The position numbers and the translations under genes were made by a program. A stretch of 63,516 nucleotides of DNA, counting the filler, from Rhabdomonas costata (lineage: Eukaryota), in NCBI GenBank assembly GCA_019059605.1. It is 40 parts of 40 records of this genome, joined end to end, with 100 filler letters (N's around TTAATTAATTAA, not from the genome) between each part and the next. Parts side by side here need not be neighbours in the genome. Positions count along the whole stretch, not along the records: positions 1 to 1,492 come from JAHMHO010014612.1; positions 1,593 to 3,083 come from JAHMHO010014613.1; positions 3,184 to 4,674 come from JAHMHO010014614.1; positions 4,775 to 6,265 come from JAHMHO010014615.1; positions 6,366 to 7,856 come from JAHMHO010014616.1; positions 7,957 to 9,447 come from JAHMHO010014617.1; positions 9,548 to 11,039 come from JAHMHO010014618.1; positions 11,140 to 12,629 come from JAHMHO010014619.1; 32 more parts are not named here. The stretch is one strand, 5' to 3'. Positions 1 to 11,260 of this stretch are shown here, piece by piece. Under the pieces are notes generated by a model, which saw only the letters and a program-made list of their open reading frames with translations, did no database searches and was not told the origin of the DNA. The first letter of the stretch is position 1, and each line of letters opens with the position of its first letter.

Positions 1-8
1 TGTGGGGT

Positions 9-84
9 GTGCGCAGCACCCCATTTCTGAGAGACGTGCTCCCAACATTGGAAGCACGTCTCTCAGAAATGGGGTGCTGCGCAC
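9..84. repeat. Perfect 32-bp inverted repeat (hairpin)
   Basis: 9-40 GTGCGCAGCACCCCATTTCTGAGAGACGTGCT is the exact reverse complement of 53-84. Inner CCAA/TTGG can extend the stem. Confidence 0.97.
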
Positions 85-103
85 TACCCCCGATCTCTCA
101 ACC

Positions 104-157
104 CAAAGCAAAGCAAAGCAAAGCAAAGCAAAGCAAAGCAAAGCAAAGCAAAGCAAA
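104..157 (+). repeat. (CAAAG)n pentanucleotide microsatellite
   Basis: About 11 tandem CAAAG units; explains the AKQSK repeats in ORF 9..323. Confidence 0.97.
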
Positions 158-980
158 GGGAACCTCAACTGAAGGCCCCAACATTCCTGTGCTGAGTGGT
201 GTGCACACGCCTACAGGTATGCATGCGCGGGCACACTCCCAGGACAAAGTACGACTCCGTCTCCTCACAAAGGCGACCCACATGCCCACTTGCATTTGGT
301 GGCGAGGCGGGGGGGGGGGATGAAATATGCGGTCTAGTTATCCAAACCCACGCCGCGCGGAACGCTGTACAAACGCGACCACTGCCTCTGCGGCCGGTTC
401 AAGGGCCTGCCCACGAAGACCCTGGTAGACACAGCACAGGCATATCGGAAAGTTTGCGGGGAGGTAAATGAGGACGGAGGGCGCTCTGATGTATTCGGGG
501 GGCCAGAGTGGTGAAAGTATACCCCGCAAAGCAGGGTACAGCAGGAAAAGAACCAAGCCTCAGGACCATCAGCTGGCGTCACCTTGTTTGCATGCTCGTC
601 TAGTCGGATTGAAGTGCCCTGAGATGCAAAGCTCCTCATCTACATACTCCTCCGTTGGTGTCCTATGCTGCCCCTCCCCCCATTCCGATTGTGGTGTTTC
701 TTCTCGAACTTTGCTATCTTCATTTTGATTGCCTTTTTCTGCTTTCTGCTGCTTTCTCCAATCTGCCGCGCTCATTGCGGTCAGAACAATGAATGCAGAT
801 ATTTAAAACATCAGTGGCGGCACGGAAGCGGCGACAAAATTGGTAAATACAAAGAGCCGCAGCCATGGCAATACAGTGAAGAAAGCCGCTAAAAAAGCCA
901 CGCATGCAAAGCCGAAGAGGGTTTCTTAGGGGGGGGGGGTGCGGATTGCTTTCCACACCTTCCACACACAAAATGCAAAC

Positions 981-1378
981 CTGAACCGCAGCGAGGGCGT
1001 GCTTCTGGGTCTCGAAGAGAACCTCGGCTTCACCATTCTCCAGCCACTGAAGCTTACATGGGCCTGCACATGCAACGCGCACCACAAGCGACACGAAGAT
1101 GTTTTGAAACAACCCACAACCACACAAGTCAGGCGTAGAGTTAAGAAAAGTAGGAGGTCAATCCCCTCGGCACAGCCACCTCACCACACCATGCCACGCC
1201 AGGGAAGACGGACAAGTCCGACAAGTCAACTGTTCAGCAAAATGGAACTGCACAACGCACACGCACCATAGGTCCCACACAGCTCCCGCATGTTGGCTGG
1301 GGTGAACTTCAGGGGAACTTTCTGCAGCACCACCAGCACAGGCCGGAGCCCCTGGACAGCAGTCTCCTCAGAGCACCC
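981..1378 (-). CDS. RRM-like domain protein, internal exons 1378-1267 and 1063-981
   Basis: GT-AG exons join in frame to GCSEETAVQGLRPVLVVLQKVPLKFTPANMRELCGTYG-PCKLQWLENGEAEVLFETQKHALAAVQ, matching the RRM beta1-alpha1-beta2-beta3-alpha2 pattern. Confidence 0.6.
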
Positions 1379-1492
1379 CTGGCAACACACATGGAAAAAA
1401 GGCTTCCTTGATATGCCATGTCCTGGGAAGCAGCACATTATACCATACTTTACAGTAAAGTACAGTGAAGTACGGTGTTACACAAAACAACC

Positions 1493-1592
1493 NNNNNNNN
1501 NNNNNNNNNNNNNNNNNNNNNNNNNNNNNNNNNNNNTTAATTAATTAANNNNNNNNNNNNNNNNNNNNNNNNNNNNNNNNNNNNNNNNNNNN
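1493..1592. other. Artificial contig linker N44-TTAATTAATTAA-N44 (first of 39, recurring about every 1.59 kb up to 61928-62027)
   Basis: Identical 100-bp block with a six-frame stop cassette. It separates contigs of near-identical length (~1490 bp), i.e. a concatenated, size-binned assembly. Confidence 0.99.
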
Positions 1593-4500
1593 GGTTTTTG
1601 TGAGTTTTGAGTCCAGAAATCGCACTGCGTACACTTAGCACCCATGGACTAGACTCAAAACTTACAAAAACAACACGCACTTGCCAATCCCGTCCGTCAA
1701 TGTGTTGGGTTTGCCCGCACGGCTGTTGGTATGATTGACGCTTGTTAGAGGGGAGAGGGGAGAGGTCATCAAGAACCCAGCATCGGCCGACCCCACGAAG
1801 GGTGGTGGTAGCGGTGTACTGCAGCTCCTGCGGGTTTTGCGCGTCCTGCCGCACAGGGGTGTACTGCAGATCAACCTCCCCAGGAAGCCACCGGTAAAGG
1901 CCGTGCACCCCCGGGAAAAACAAGGACAGCACGAGAGCCTGCAATGCCCCGACGTAGTGCATTTTTCCGGGAGGTAAAAAGACTGAAGAGAACTCAGGAT
2001 ATCTACTCCTACAAACCCGCACCATCTTCTCTCCAGCTTTATGTACACTCTCTACTCTTCAAGCACCACGTGGACTGCTCTGGCGAACAATGGCAAATAA
2101 TTCAGAGCCCATGAGGGCCCAAAGCAGTAACCCGAAACGTTGTGGGGAGGGTGAATGCAACACCAATAGTCCCATAGTCCCAAAAAAGGAAAAGCGAGCT
2201 CTGTGTCTGTCACGCCGACAACTGTTGGATGTAAAGGCACCTCAATACGCTCATCAGGCTTCTGCGTCATCGCCGAGTTTCTCTTCTGGCGGTTCTTTTT
2301 AGTTATCGAAACATTCACACAAACGCAGGCACATACGCTCGCACACAGACAGATGCCTTTAATGCCGGGCACTCCGGCAGAGTGGAGGCTAGCCCATCAG
2401 CCTCGAGCTTCTGGGAGGACTCCCCCATGACCACTCGTTGAACCAGCAGCAGGGGTCCGTAGAGGGCATGGTCCTGCCTGCTCTCTGCGGCGGGAGGCTG
2501 CCGCAGCAGCACAGGGTAAGCCAAGGAGTGCCGCACCCCGTAAAGCCTCACCCACGCCTCTTTGCCGCCACTCGCCGGCTGGGCTTCCGCGGAGGAAGAA
2601 CACAGCGGGCCAAACCCGTGAAAAATCAGGGGCCCTTACATTACCCTTGGCCACAACAAATGTCTCGCCATGTGCTGATTGCTGAAGGGAAGGGGTGGAA
2701 TTTATCTTTGCGTGGTTTTCTTAGAGGAGGGAGGCTGCTCCCCTCAACACCTTCGTGAACCTCGCCCCAAATCTTGCGAACTCAACATTAAAGTACATTG
2801 ATGTCCTGAGCGCCTCATAGGCTACTGGTGAGCAGACAGTCGCTTATGTGACCCCTGCATCTACCAGCGCCACACCGGTATGAAGCATCAGTAATTCATT
2901 CAGGGGCTCAGAGCAACAACGTCCACCCCCTCCACCAAAAAAATGATAGCGATTACGTACCGGCAATCGATGAAAGTACAGGTAATGAATTTGACAGTCT
3001 AAACTCATATTAAACGCCACTCTGCACGATGGCCCCGCCCTCTTCCGAGGGAACGAAACCGGCAACCCCCCACACCCAACACANNNNNNNNNNNNNNNNN
3101 NNNNNNNNNNNNNNNNNNNNNNNNNNNTTAATTAATTAANNNNNNNNNNNNNNNNNNNNNNNNNNNNNNNNNNNNNNNNNNNNGGGGTTGGTGGTGGGGA
3201 GAAAAATATGGCAGGACAGGGGTTCTCAAAAAGGAGTCTCTCGAAGTGGCCTGCAGGGTGCCGGTCCACAGCGAAACAGCTTTTACGGCCCGCTGAGGGA
3301 AAGAGTGGGACTGGCGGAAATTGCCTGCACGCTTTCGCGCCGCTCGGGCTCCAGGGTGGAATCGAAAGGACCCTGCTCCCATGGATGGAAGGCCGAGGAT
3401 ACAGCAGCCAGAGAAACCAGTGCAGCGGCTGGAGGGGTACCGTCCGTGGCGCCATTGGTCAACCCTATAGAGAAGGACTCATAAAAAGCAAGCTGGCAAG
3501 GCGTATACATCAGTCACATACAAGAATGTATTATTCTAGTGCAGAAACAGATCGTGGTTCGGTACACTGTCGTCATGTGCAGGATTGTTTCACTGATGAT
3601 TTCCCTTTTGTTCTTCTTTCTCGCCTCGAGCGCGCGCTTGAGTGAGACGAAAGTGCAACTATCACAAACATAGTGAATGAAAAAGAAGTGCGGGGTGTCG
3701 CGTTTACTTCAACCGTTGGGAAGCGGAGCGCTGGTAGCTTATTGGAGATCGGTGGGATTAACTCATGCTTGTACATTAAAATCAACAGGTGTCTTGCCTC
3801 TTCGCAACGTGGCCGCTTGAGGCCAAAACAGGTGCGTTCAGTCATCTCGCCGTTTTGACAGGATGCCAAGCGCGTGACAGGCGAGAGGAATCCAGCGTTA
3901 GTGTGCGAGCAGGAACAACAGAAACAAGAAACACCACCGACGAGCCGCCAAAACTCAAACCATTTCAGCCCACCACTTGCCAAACCAAGGCCTTTTTTTT
4001 GATTGATGGGTGCCAGGATAAAACTATTCACACACAAAGGGTCAAATTCGCAAGCACACCTTCGGCGACACACTCGTCAATCCAGCGCGCCACGTCAGGC
4101 TGGCCCAGCTCTGTGGGAAGCTCGTTTGGGAAGGCGAAAGCCAAATGCAGCACACGGGGAGGAAGGAGGTCAGAAGCACGATGGGCGGTCTCCATTTTTG
4201 AATGGGACGGTTTCACAACGGGACTGCTGCAAAGCAGAAGCATGGGAAGAGGGCATGAGCTTTTGTTTATCCGAAAGTTTCCGTGACGGGTCCAGCCCCC
4301 CCTCCCCCCTAAATATAACGCAAATGCACCTCCACCCATCCACTCATGTATCGGAGATGCACCCACTCAAGACCATCTCCATTTTATTACTATTTTTCAC
4401 AATAGTAAAAACGGCCGACCCTGGCCCCTGACTCCTTTCTCGAAGACACGGAAGGAAACAGCACATCTTATGAAATGCAAGAAAAGTGAACCAGTGCGGC

Positions 4501-6766
4501 AGCAGCGCAATAAATAACGCTGAGCACGCGCATAGTCCTATAAAAATATAAAAATAGGAAACCAAAAACCCTCGGGCGATACACCTTCTTTAAACCATGC
4601 CTGGATATCGCCTTGGAAGCAGCGGGTGCATCTCCGCAACTTAGGCAAAGTTGGCATCCGCGCTGGGAGAACACNNNNNNNNNNNNNNNNNNNNNNNNNN
4701 NNNNNNNNNNNNNNNNNNTTAATTAATTAANNNNNNNNNNNNNNNNNNNNNNNNNNNNNNNNNNNNNNNNNNNNTGTTGTGTGGTGCACATTGGTGTGAC
4801 AAGGATTGAGACTATCAATTGGCGTGGTGGTGGAGGCGTTATCTGTTTGACTTCGTTTAATAATCTTTGGTTACCTCCCCCCACTGAAGCTAAAGTACTT
4901 CAGCTTGGAACACTTGCATCTTATTTGCCGTTTGCTTACCTCGTAAAATTGGTTCTCTGAGCGAGCATGCCGCAGGATCCTTGCCCATTCCACGGTAAAA
5001 AAAACTGAACCTCCGCCTCCTTGCGCTACAATTGGGAGGGACTTCTGACAATGTAATCCGTAACCGGAAAACAACAAATCAGTTTCCTTATTGGAAGCAT
5101 AGAAATACGCCACAGACTCACATGCGATTTCCCGCGATACGGAGGATGGATTCGCGCCCATGCGGAAGGAATGCCACCCTACTTTTCGCCAGGTTTGAGA
5201 GGCAGCTTTCCTTTTTGAAAGACGGGTTTCATACAACCCAAGAAAAGCAAAAAGGAGCGTAGCATCGCCTGGCCCCCTCTCAGGGATTGTGGTGGTTTTC
5301 TTGGGCATCGTGTGGTACACCCACATCAAGATGCACGGTGGAGGCATTGTCACCAGGGAGCCGTCCGCAGGGAATCCCCTGCCTGTCGGGGCCCGAAGCA
5401 AAGGTGTCTTTGCCGAGGCAGGATACGCAGCGGGGTGCGAGTATAGAAGGATGCACGGAGGGTCGTAAGTCGTACGGCAAACCTCATCAACACTCCTCCC
5501 ATTGCCTACGCGGTCATGCGCTTTACTCCTCTCTCCTTCTCCTTTTTTTACTGTTTTCCCGCTCGGGTCAACAGAACTCAGGGTCGCAAGATGGAGAACC
5601 TTCAAGAACGTCTGAATAGGATGGTGCATCTGTGTCTTTGCGGTCTTTTATGATAAGCAAAAAGTATCAGGGGGTTGGGCAAGTTAAAATGTACTGAGAG
5701 ATTGTTGAACTGTAAACGCAGAAGCTTTTGCAATCCATAGGTGACAAAGCTAATGTTGCGATGGGTGCGCACAATGTTCTGCGGAGGAATTGTGGTTGAC
5801 ATTTGCCTCAAAACACAGGACCGCGCAGACTGCACACAGTATACCCAGTTTCTGAGTGGACCTATCTCAGCATTCTGTACTAACATGACCCCCACAACAG
5901 TGGTGATCGAGCTCCTACTTTTTCATAATCCTCGCCCTCTCTCAAATAGTTTTATCATTGCAGAGTGGAAGTGTGAAGTTAAGAGAAGCACTTCCTTTGT
6001 CCTTCCTTCTGCATTCCTCAGAGGATGTGTAGCCTCCGGATTCCCATGGTCTTCTTGCCGAAGCGGTGACTCCTCAGTTCTCGTCCAATCTCCACGCGTT
6101 TTCCTGCTTTTCCTTTGCTGCCCTGGAGCAACCTAGCACTGTTGGGCCAAGTGAGGACGTAAATATTTGGCGTGTTTTTTCTGCCATGTTTGGGCGTACG
6201 CGCGGGTGCATGTGTATGCGTGTGCTTTCTTTGGGAAGGATTAGAGCACACGCATACACACCACCNNNNNNNNNNNNNNNNNNNNNNNNNNNNNNNNNNN
6301 NNNNNNNNNTTAATTAATTAANNNNNNNNNNNNNNNNNNNNNNNNNNNNNNNNNNNNNNNNNNNNGTGGGGTTGGAAAGAGGTGATGTCCGACCACGGCT
6401 CCCGTGGTGTGACCTGGACAACTTATTACGTGTATGACACTTTGCGTAAGCATGTAAGCATGTTGTACACCAGCGGCAGCCTTTTTTTGGGGGGAGGGGG
6501 GGGTGTAAGCTGCTACCCTATGTCTCCCTTTCCCCTCCCCGCGTTTTGTTTTTGGTTTTCTTTCCCCGTCTGTTTCACTGTGCAACTGAACTTCAGGTGT
6601 ACAACCTTCAAGACGGAGCTGCGCACAAATATGCCCTATGAACAAGAGGAATGGAGAGTGGGACCACATGCAGGATAAAGTGTTTCACCGGAAAACCTCA
6701 GCGTTGTGGGAGCCATCTATCAGCAGATCCTGCTTCTGCCTTCTCTCGACCTGTTCCCACTCGCAG

Positions 6767-6987
6767 AGGACGGCTGCCAGAAAAACCGAACGTGCATCTC
6801 AACACGGACTGCAGGGACGTCTTCTTTAACACCGGACGATCGGTGGTGTTCCGCGAACACCCCCACGCTAAGCCGCCCACCAAGGAGTTCTGCATTGCCC
6901 TCTATGAATCGGACGGTGAGCTGGCGCACGAGTTCTGCAGCGTCCATTATGCTGTCCTCTCCGAAAACCCCGATCTGAAGGACGGAA
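6767..6987 (+). CDS. Probable internal exon of unknown protein
   Basis: Pyrimidine tract + CAG acceptor, GTATGT donor, open frame RGRLPEKPNVHLNTDCRDVFFNTGR...LSENPDLKDG with high GC3. Confidence 0.5.
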
Positions 6988-9602
6988 GTATGTGCGATCT
7001 CTTGCATCAGCTGTGCTGTGGGAAGACGGTGATGACGCCCTTGGGCGCTGGCCATGTAATGCGTGTGCGAGCCCACTGCACTCTCTGGGAATTCATTGTT
7101 AGACACCGCGCTGTTGGGGCACCAACATGTCACCTTTGCCGAACCCAGTTAACTGTCGCTGCCCCAATGGCCTTTTTATCGGCTTATTCCCTCCCCTTCG
7201 CGCAGCACCCTACTTCTGCCGCGCTACTCGTATTAATGAAATTCCTATAAAAAAACTATCATTCCTGCCCCATCCCTACCTAATTGTGGTTATCACACCA
7301 CACCAAGCATTATACCGTACATCACTGTTCATTATTACCATTGCACGATTGTGATCCTAGTTGACGCCCTGCCCTGCCCTCTGTCTTGAGTGTTGTCCCT
7401 CTTACCCCATCTGCCCCTGAGTAAAAACAAAACTGTGTTGTAGCATGTGAAGCATGAGAAGGTTACTCGACATCCTGGTTCTTTTAGCGTCATCTTGGGG
7501 GCACTGGCACACTCTACATACCCGCTTTGGGAAACATAACATCATCGAAGGTTCAAAACAACTTCACCAAATCATGAAAGATTCTTTTAGCGTCTCTTGT
7601 AGCATTTTTTACCCGCACTGTCAACAATTGAATGCAATACTTTTGTGCACTGTGCCTTTTCACTCCTGTTCTTCTCGTCAGATTGAATGGGACAACGTGC
7701 ACTGCATCATCTGCGAGCTCTATATATGGAGGAGGAGCTTCCTTCATCCGCATGCCTTCGGTCTCTCCGCACCGCCCAACTTCCATTCTTTTCCAAATCT
7801 CTTCGTCTTCTCTTCCTACTCGCTGCTGTGAGGCTTCCGAAATTCGCCCCAACCACNNNNNNNNNNNNNNNNNNNNNNNNNNNNNNNNNNNNNNNNNNNN
7901 TTAATTAATTAANNNNNNNNNNNNNNNNNNNNNNNNNNNNNNNNNNNNNNNNNNNNTTTTTGGGTGGAACAAAGGCAAAGAAAAAATGGTTGCGGTTGCA
8001 ACTTCCTTCAGGGGGACGTCTCACGGACGTCTTACCCCCCTCCCCCTCGATGGTTAGTGCGGATCTCTGCGACAGGCCACTACACCTTCCACCTCACGAT
8101 ACCTCAGGCCTAGGTTTAGTTATCGACTACTCGATTATTCGACTAGTTGAAAGTGACATGTTTTCTTCTAAAAGGCGAACCCTTCCCCTCCTATGGGATG
8201 GTCCTGCGAGACTGCTTTTGAGAAGGGAGGAGGAACCCGTCGAGGACAGTCTCTATTCGCTTCCGCGACGCAAAAACTGGGGGGGGTGGGGCCTAGCGAC
8301 TGGAAAGCCGCCGAAGGCGGTCTCCTTCTTTTGTGCGAGGCGAAAAGATGGCAGAGAAACGGAGGGACCCCTGCACACATTACTGCTGCTGAGCTGCAGC
8401 GCCACAACGACCCTTTGACAGCATTCATCCTCAGCAGTGCTGTTGGCGGTGAAAATTCCTTTGGTGCAAGTAAGTCCCATCTTTGCCCGGTAGGTAATTT
8501 GCCCTCCCACAAGTTGCTCCACCCGATTCCCCCCCATCCAATTGCCGCCGCGTTTTCTCTCTAAATGCCTGCACATATGCTCTAATGCCTATTCAGCAAC
8601 AAAGGCTCTCCAGCAAGCGTGCGAGGGTTGCGGTCATGTCAGCATTCCTCTTTTTTTCTCCACTCCAAGTCTCGCTTTCTGAATTTTAAAAACTTGTCAG
8701 CCGGTTTGCCCTTCCCTTCCCTTCAACCGTGCCCTCTCTCTACCAATGCATAGTGAACGTGGGGCTAGACACTTGAAGAGGAGTGTGCCCCCATGCGTGT
8801 TATATGGTTCGGTGTTGCATATATTTCGCTGGAGCGGGTGATGTCGCACGACCTTTTTTCTAATTTCTTCTTACATCGCTGTGGACACCAAGATTTTACC
8901 CGCAATTCGCGAACACTTTTTTTTTACTTTAGACAGGTTTTGGGAGAAAAATATGCTCCTCCCGGATGTGATCACCCATCTGGAATATACGTATGCAAAG
9001 TAGGGTTCACAAGAAACTTTGGAAATTTTTTGTTGCCCCAAGGGCCATGTGCAGACAGTATGAATGCTCGAAAAGCCAGGGTTGTAGCGCAGCAAAAGTG
9101 TAAAAAAAAAAGGCAGTTCAACGGGATTTTATGCCTTGGCGTTCCTTTTCGGTGAAGACACGGCTGCTGGGACCCTTGACGAGCGGCGATTATTGGGTTG
9201 AAATAAACGTGTCGATGGCGATATCTTGTACCCGATTAAGGTTCCACGCGTAAAAGTAGGTCTCTACTAGCGCAGCCCAATATGAAAACCGAGACGCTGT
9301 TTCTCCTTTTGGTCATCTGAACTTTTCCCATCAGGGCCAGGTGTGTACTGTCTCCTAGTTCACATAGGAACCCTCGCTCGGTCGCTCCACGCCGAAAACA
9401 TTTAGTAGCCCTGCCGATTCATTATCAACGCGTTTCTCTCAAACACTNNNNNNNNNNNNNNNNNNNNNNNNNNNNNNNNNNNNNNNNNNNNTTAATTAAT
9501 TAANNNNNNNNNNNNNNNNNNNNNNNNNNNNNNNNNNNNNNNNNNNNGGGGGGTGTGGCGAGAAGAGGGTGTGTGAAGGTGTGTTCTTCCTCTGTGTGTT
9601 AG

Positions 9603-10512
9603 GTTCTACCTCGCGACCTCATCGACCGACGGCACGGTGAAGATGTGGGACCTTCGCAAGCTGGTGAACTTCCGCACGTTGACCTTTGAAGACAGCAACC
9701 CTGCCAACCCCACCCATGTCAACTCCGTATGCTTCGACGTCAGCGGCAGCTACGTCGCACTGGCCGCGGACAACGTGAAGTACGTCATGCGCTCTGTTTG
9801 TGCGAGGAAGAAAACACTTGCGAGGGGCTTCAAAAACATCATTCTTTGATCTGCATTACAGAAGACCTGTTCGGTTACACAGGACCAGGACAAATGAAAC
9901 GAGCATTTGGAAGTTATTTTTTCTGTGCTGCAGTTGCATGGAAGGCCTCAGCAGAAAAATGCTTGGTTGCCTTTTCTTTTGTTGCGCAAGCAATGGTCTT
10001 TGGATTTTCGGTTTTGTATTCGCTCCTTTGAGCACGTAAGGTCTCGCGGGAATGCGAATTATATTTGCTCCCTGAAGTGGAGAGCAAACATCAAACAAAG
10101 CAAAACCAGTCGGGAGAGGGCAACGGACATGGCCAGGCGGTGTCGGTGCCTTGCTGATGATTGACCCAACCACCGGGCCGCCGAGGGTCCATAAACCCCA
10201 GTCACCTCAGTCACGCCGGACGCTCACCTTAGAGTTCGCTGCTTCTTGGAACCCAACTGAGCAGGCCTACTCAGACCCCCAAGGCCTGCTCGCGATAAAC
10301 TGCCTATAGGCACATTGGGTAGGCTAGTAGTGTTGGCGGGTTCGACAGTGGACAGTGGCTGGCCATCCTTGCGTGTGTGAGTGTGTGTGTGAGTGTGTGT
10401 GTGCCTTCATCCTAACGCCTAGAGACCAGCGTGTTAGACCGTGATATGGATTCGAGCCGACCTCGGTGCCTGACAGTATCCGTACCAGTGTTCTCCCTTC
10501 ACACCCAGCTCA

Positions 10513-10550
<38 letters not shown>

Positions 10551-11030
10551 GTGTGGTTGAGGTTCCCTCCGAGGCTCGATTCCTCTGGGTACGAAAGCCC
10601 TTAGACGTCTGAAGGCCACGGGGAGGGAATGAGCCCCAAAGGAGCACGAGAATAGCTTCTAAAAAAGGAGGGAACGAACCATGGACCCCTTTCATCCCTC
10701 ACTTTCACTCTCTCTCCCGCTGTCCTCTCTTTCACAATCCCTCCACCTCCACCACAGCCCTGTCACCCCTCGCACATTCCTTCTCTAAAACGCGAAAGCC
10801 GACCTCTGCCCTACAGTTGCAAAGAACCCGACGAAGAGCGTCCAAGGCCGGCGGAGACAAGGCCTTGCTGATCACTGAGGGGTCCGCCGAGGGTCGAGAC
10901 GCCACTCACTCCAGTAGCGCATGAGATCAGATCAGTTCAGACCCCTTTCACCCTCGCTTGCACATACTCTCACTTTCTCTCTCAGAATTTACTCCGTGAA
11001 GACCTGGAACGAGCTGAAGGTGCTGTACAA
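9603..11030 (+). CDS. PRP19: Pre-mRNA-processing factor 19, WD40 region (exons 9603-9779 and from 10986, partial)
   Basis: FYLATSSTDGTVKMWDLRKLVNFRTL...VCFDVSGSYVALAADNVK|IYSVKTWNEL matches the PRP19 C-terminal WD repeats ([26 protein letters not shown]...FDQSGTYLA...IYICKQW). GT-AG intron 9780-10985. Confidence 0.9.
10125..10198 (+). ncRNA. Degenerate type III hammerhead-ribozyme-like motif, copy 1
   Basis: CCTTG-CTGATGA core at 10154-10160; stem II GACCC (10163-67)/GGGTC (10185-89), then CATAAAC in place of CGAAAC. Direct-repeat homolog of 10838-10902. Confidence 0.4.
10241..10685 (+). mobile_element. Dispersed non-coding repeat, family A copy 1 (in the PRP19 intron)
   Basis: Colinear with 36721-37026 through shared blocks GCTTCT.GGAACCCA.CTGAGCA, GTTCGAC.GTGGACAGTGGCTGGCCAT, TGTGGTTGAGGTTCCCT, AAGCCCTTAGACGTC, GGGGAGGGAATGAGCC and AAAGGAGGGAACG. 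Confidence 0.85.
10403..10511 (+). mobile_element. Short dispersed repeat, family C copy 1, nested in family A between (TG)n tracts
   Basis: Colinear with 42744-42832, including the identical 23-mer CTGACAGTATCCGTACCAGTGTT. Absent from the 36.7-kb copy of family A. Confidence 0.8.
10838..10902 (+). ncRNA. Degenerate type III hammerhead-ribozyme-like motif, copy 2
   Basis: GCGTC (GUC triplet), perfect 7-bp stem I CAAGGCC/GGCCTTG, CTGATCA, ...GGGTC, GAGAC-GC; stem III GCGT/ACGC pairs. Two core positions deviate from CUGAUGA/GAAA. Confidence 0.45.
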
Positions 11031-11139
11031 CAACACCCCNNNNNNNNNNNNNNNNNNNNNNNNNNNNNNNNNNNNNNNNNNNNTTAATTAATTAANNNNN
11101 NNNNNNNNNNNNNNNNNNNNNNNNNNNNNNNNNNNNNNN

Positions 11140-11260
11140 CAGCTTGTGGCTGCTGCACAGCGGTGGGAGAATTGGGCAGAACGATCCAAGCGACACCCAG
11201 GATGGTGAATAGCACGACAACGGTTGTAACGGCGAGTGTGGCCATCACGAAAAGCATAGA
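11140..11260 (-). CDS. Possible exon encoding a transmembrane helix (partial)
   Basis: After a TAG acceptor: SMLFVMATLAVTTVVVLFTILGVAWIVLPNSP. Confidence 0.3.
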
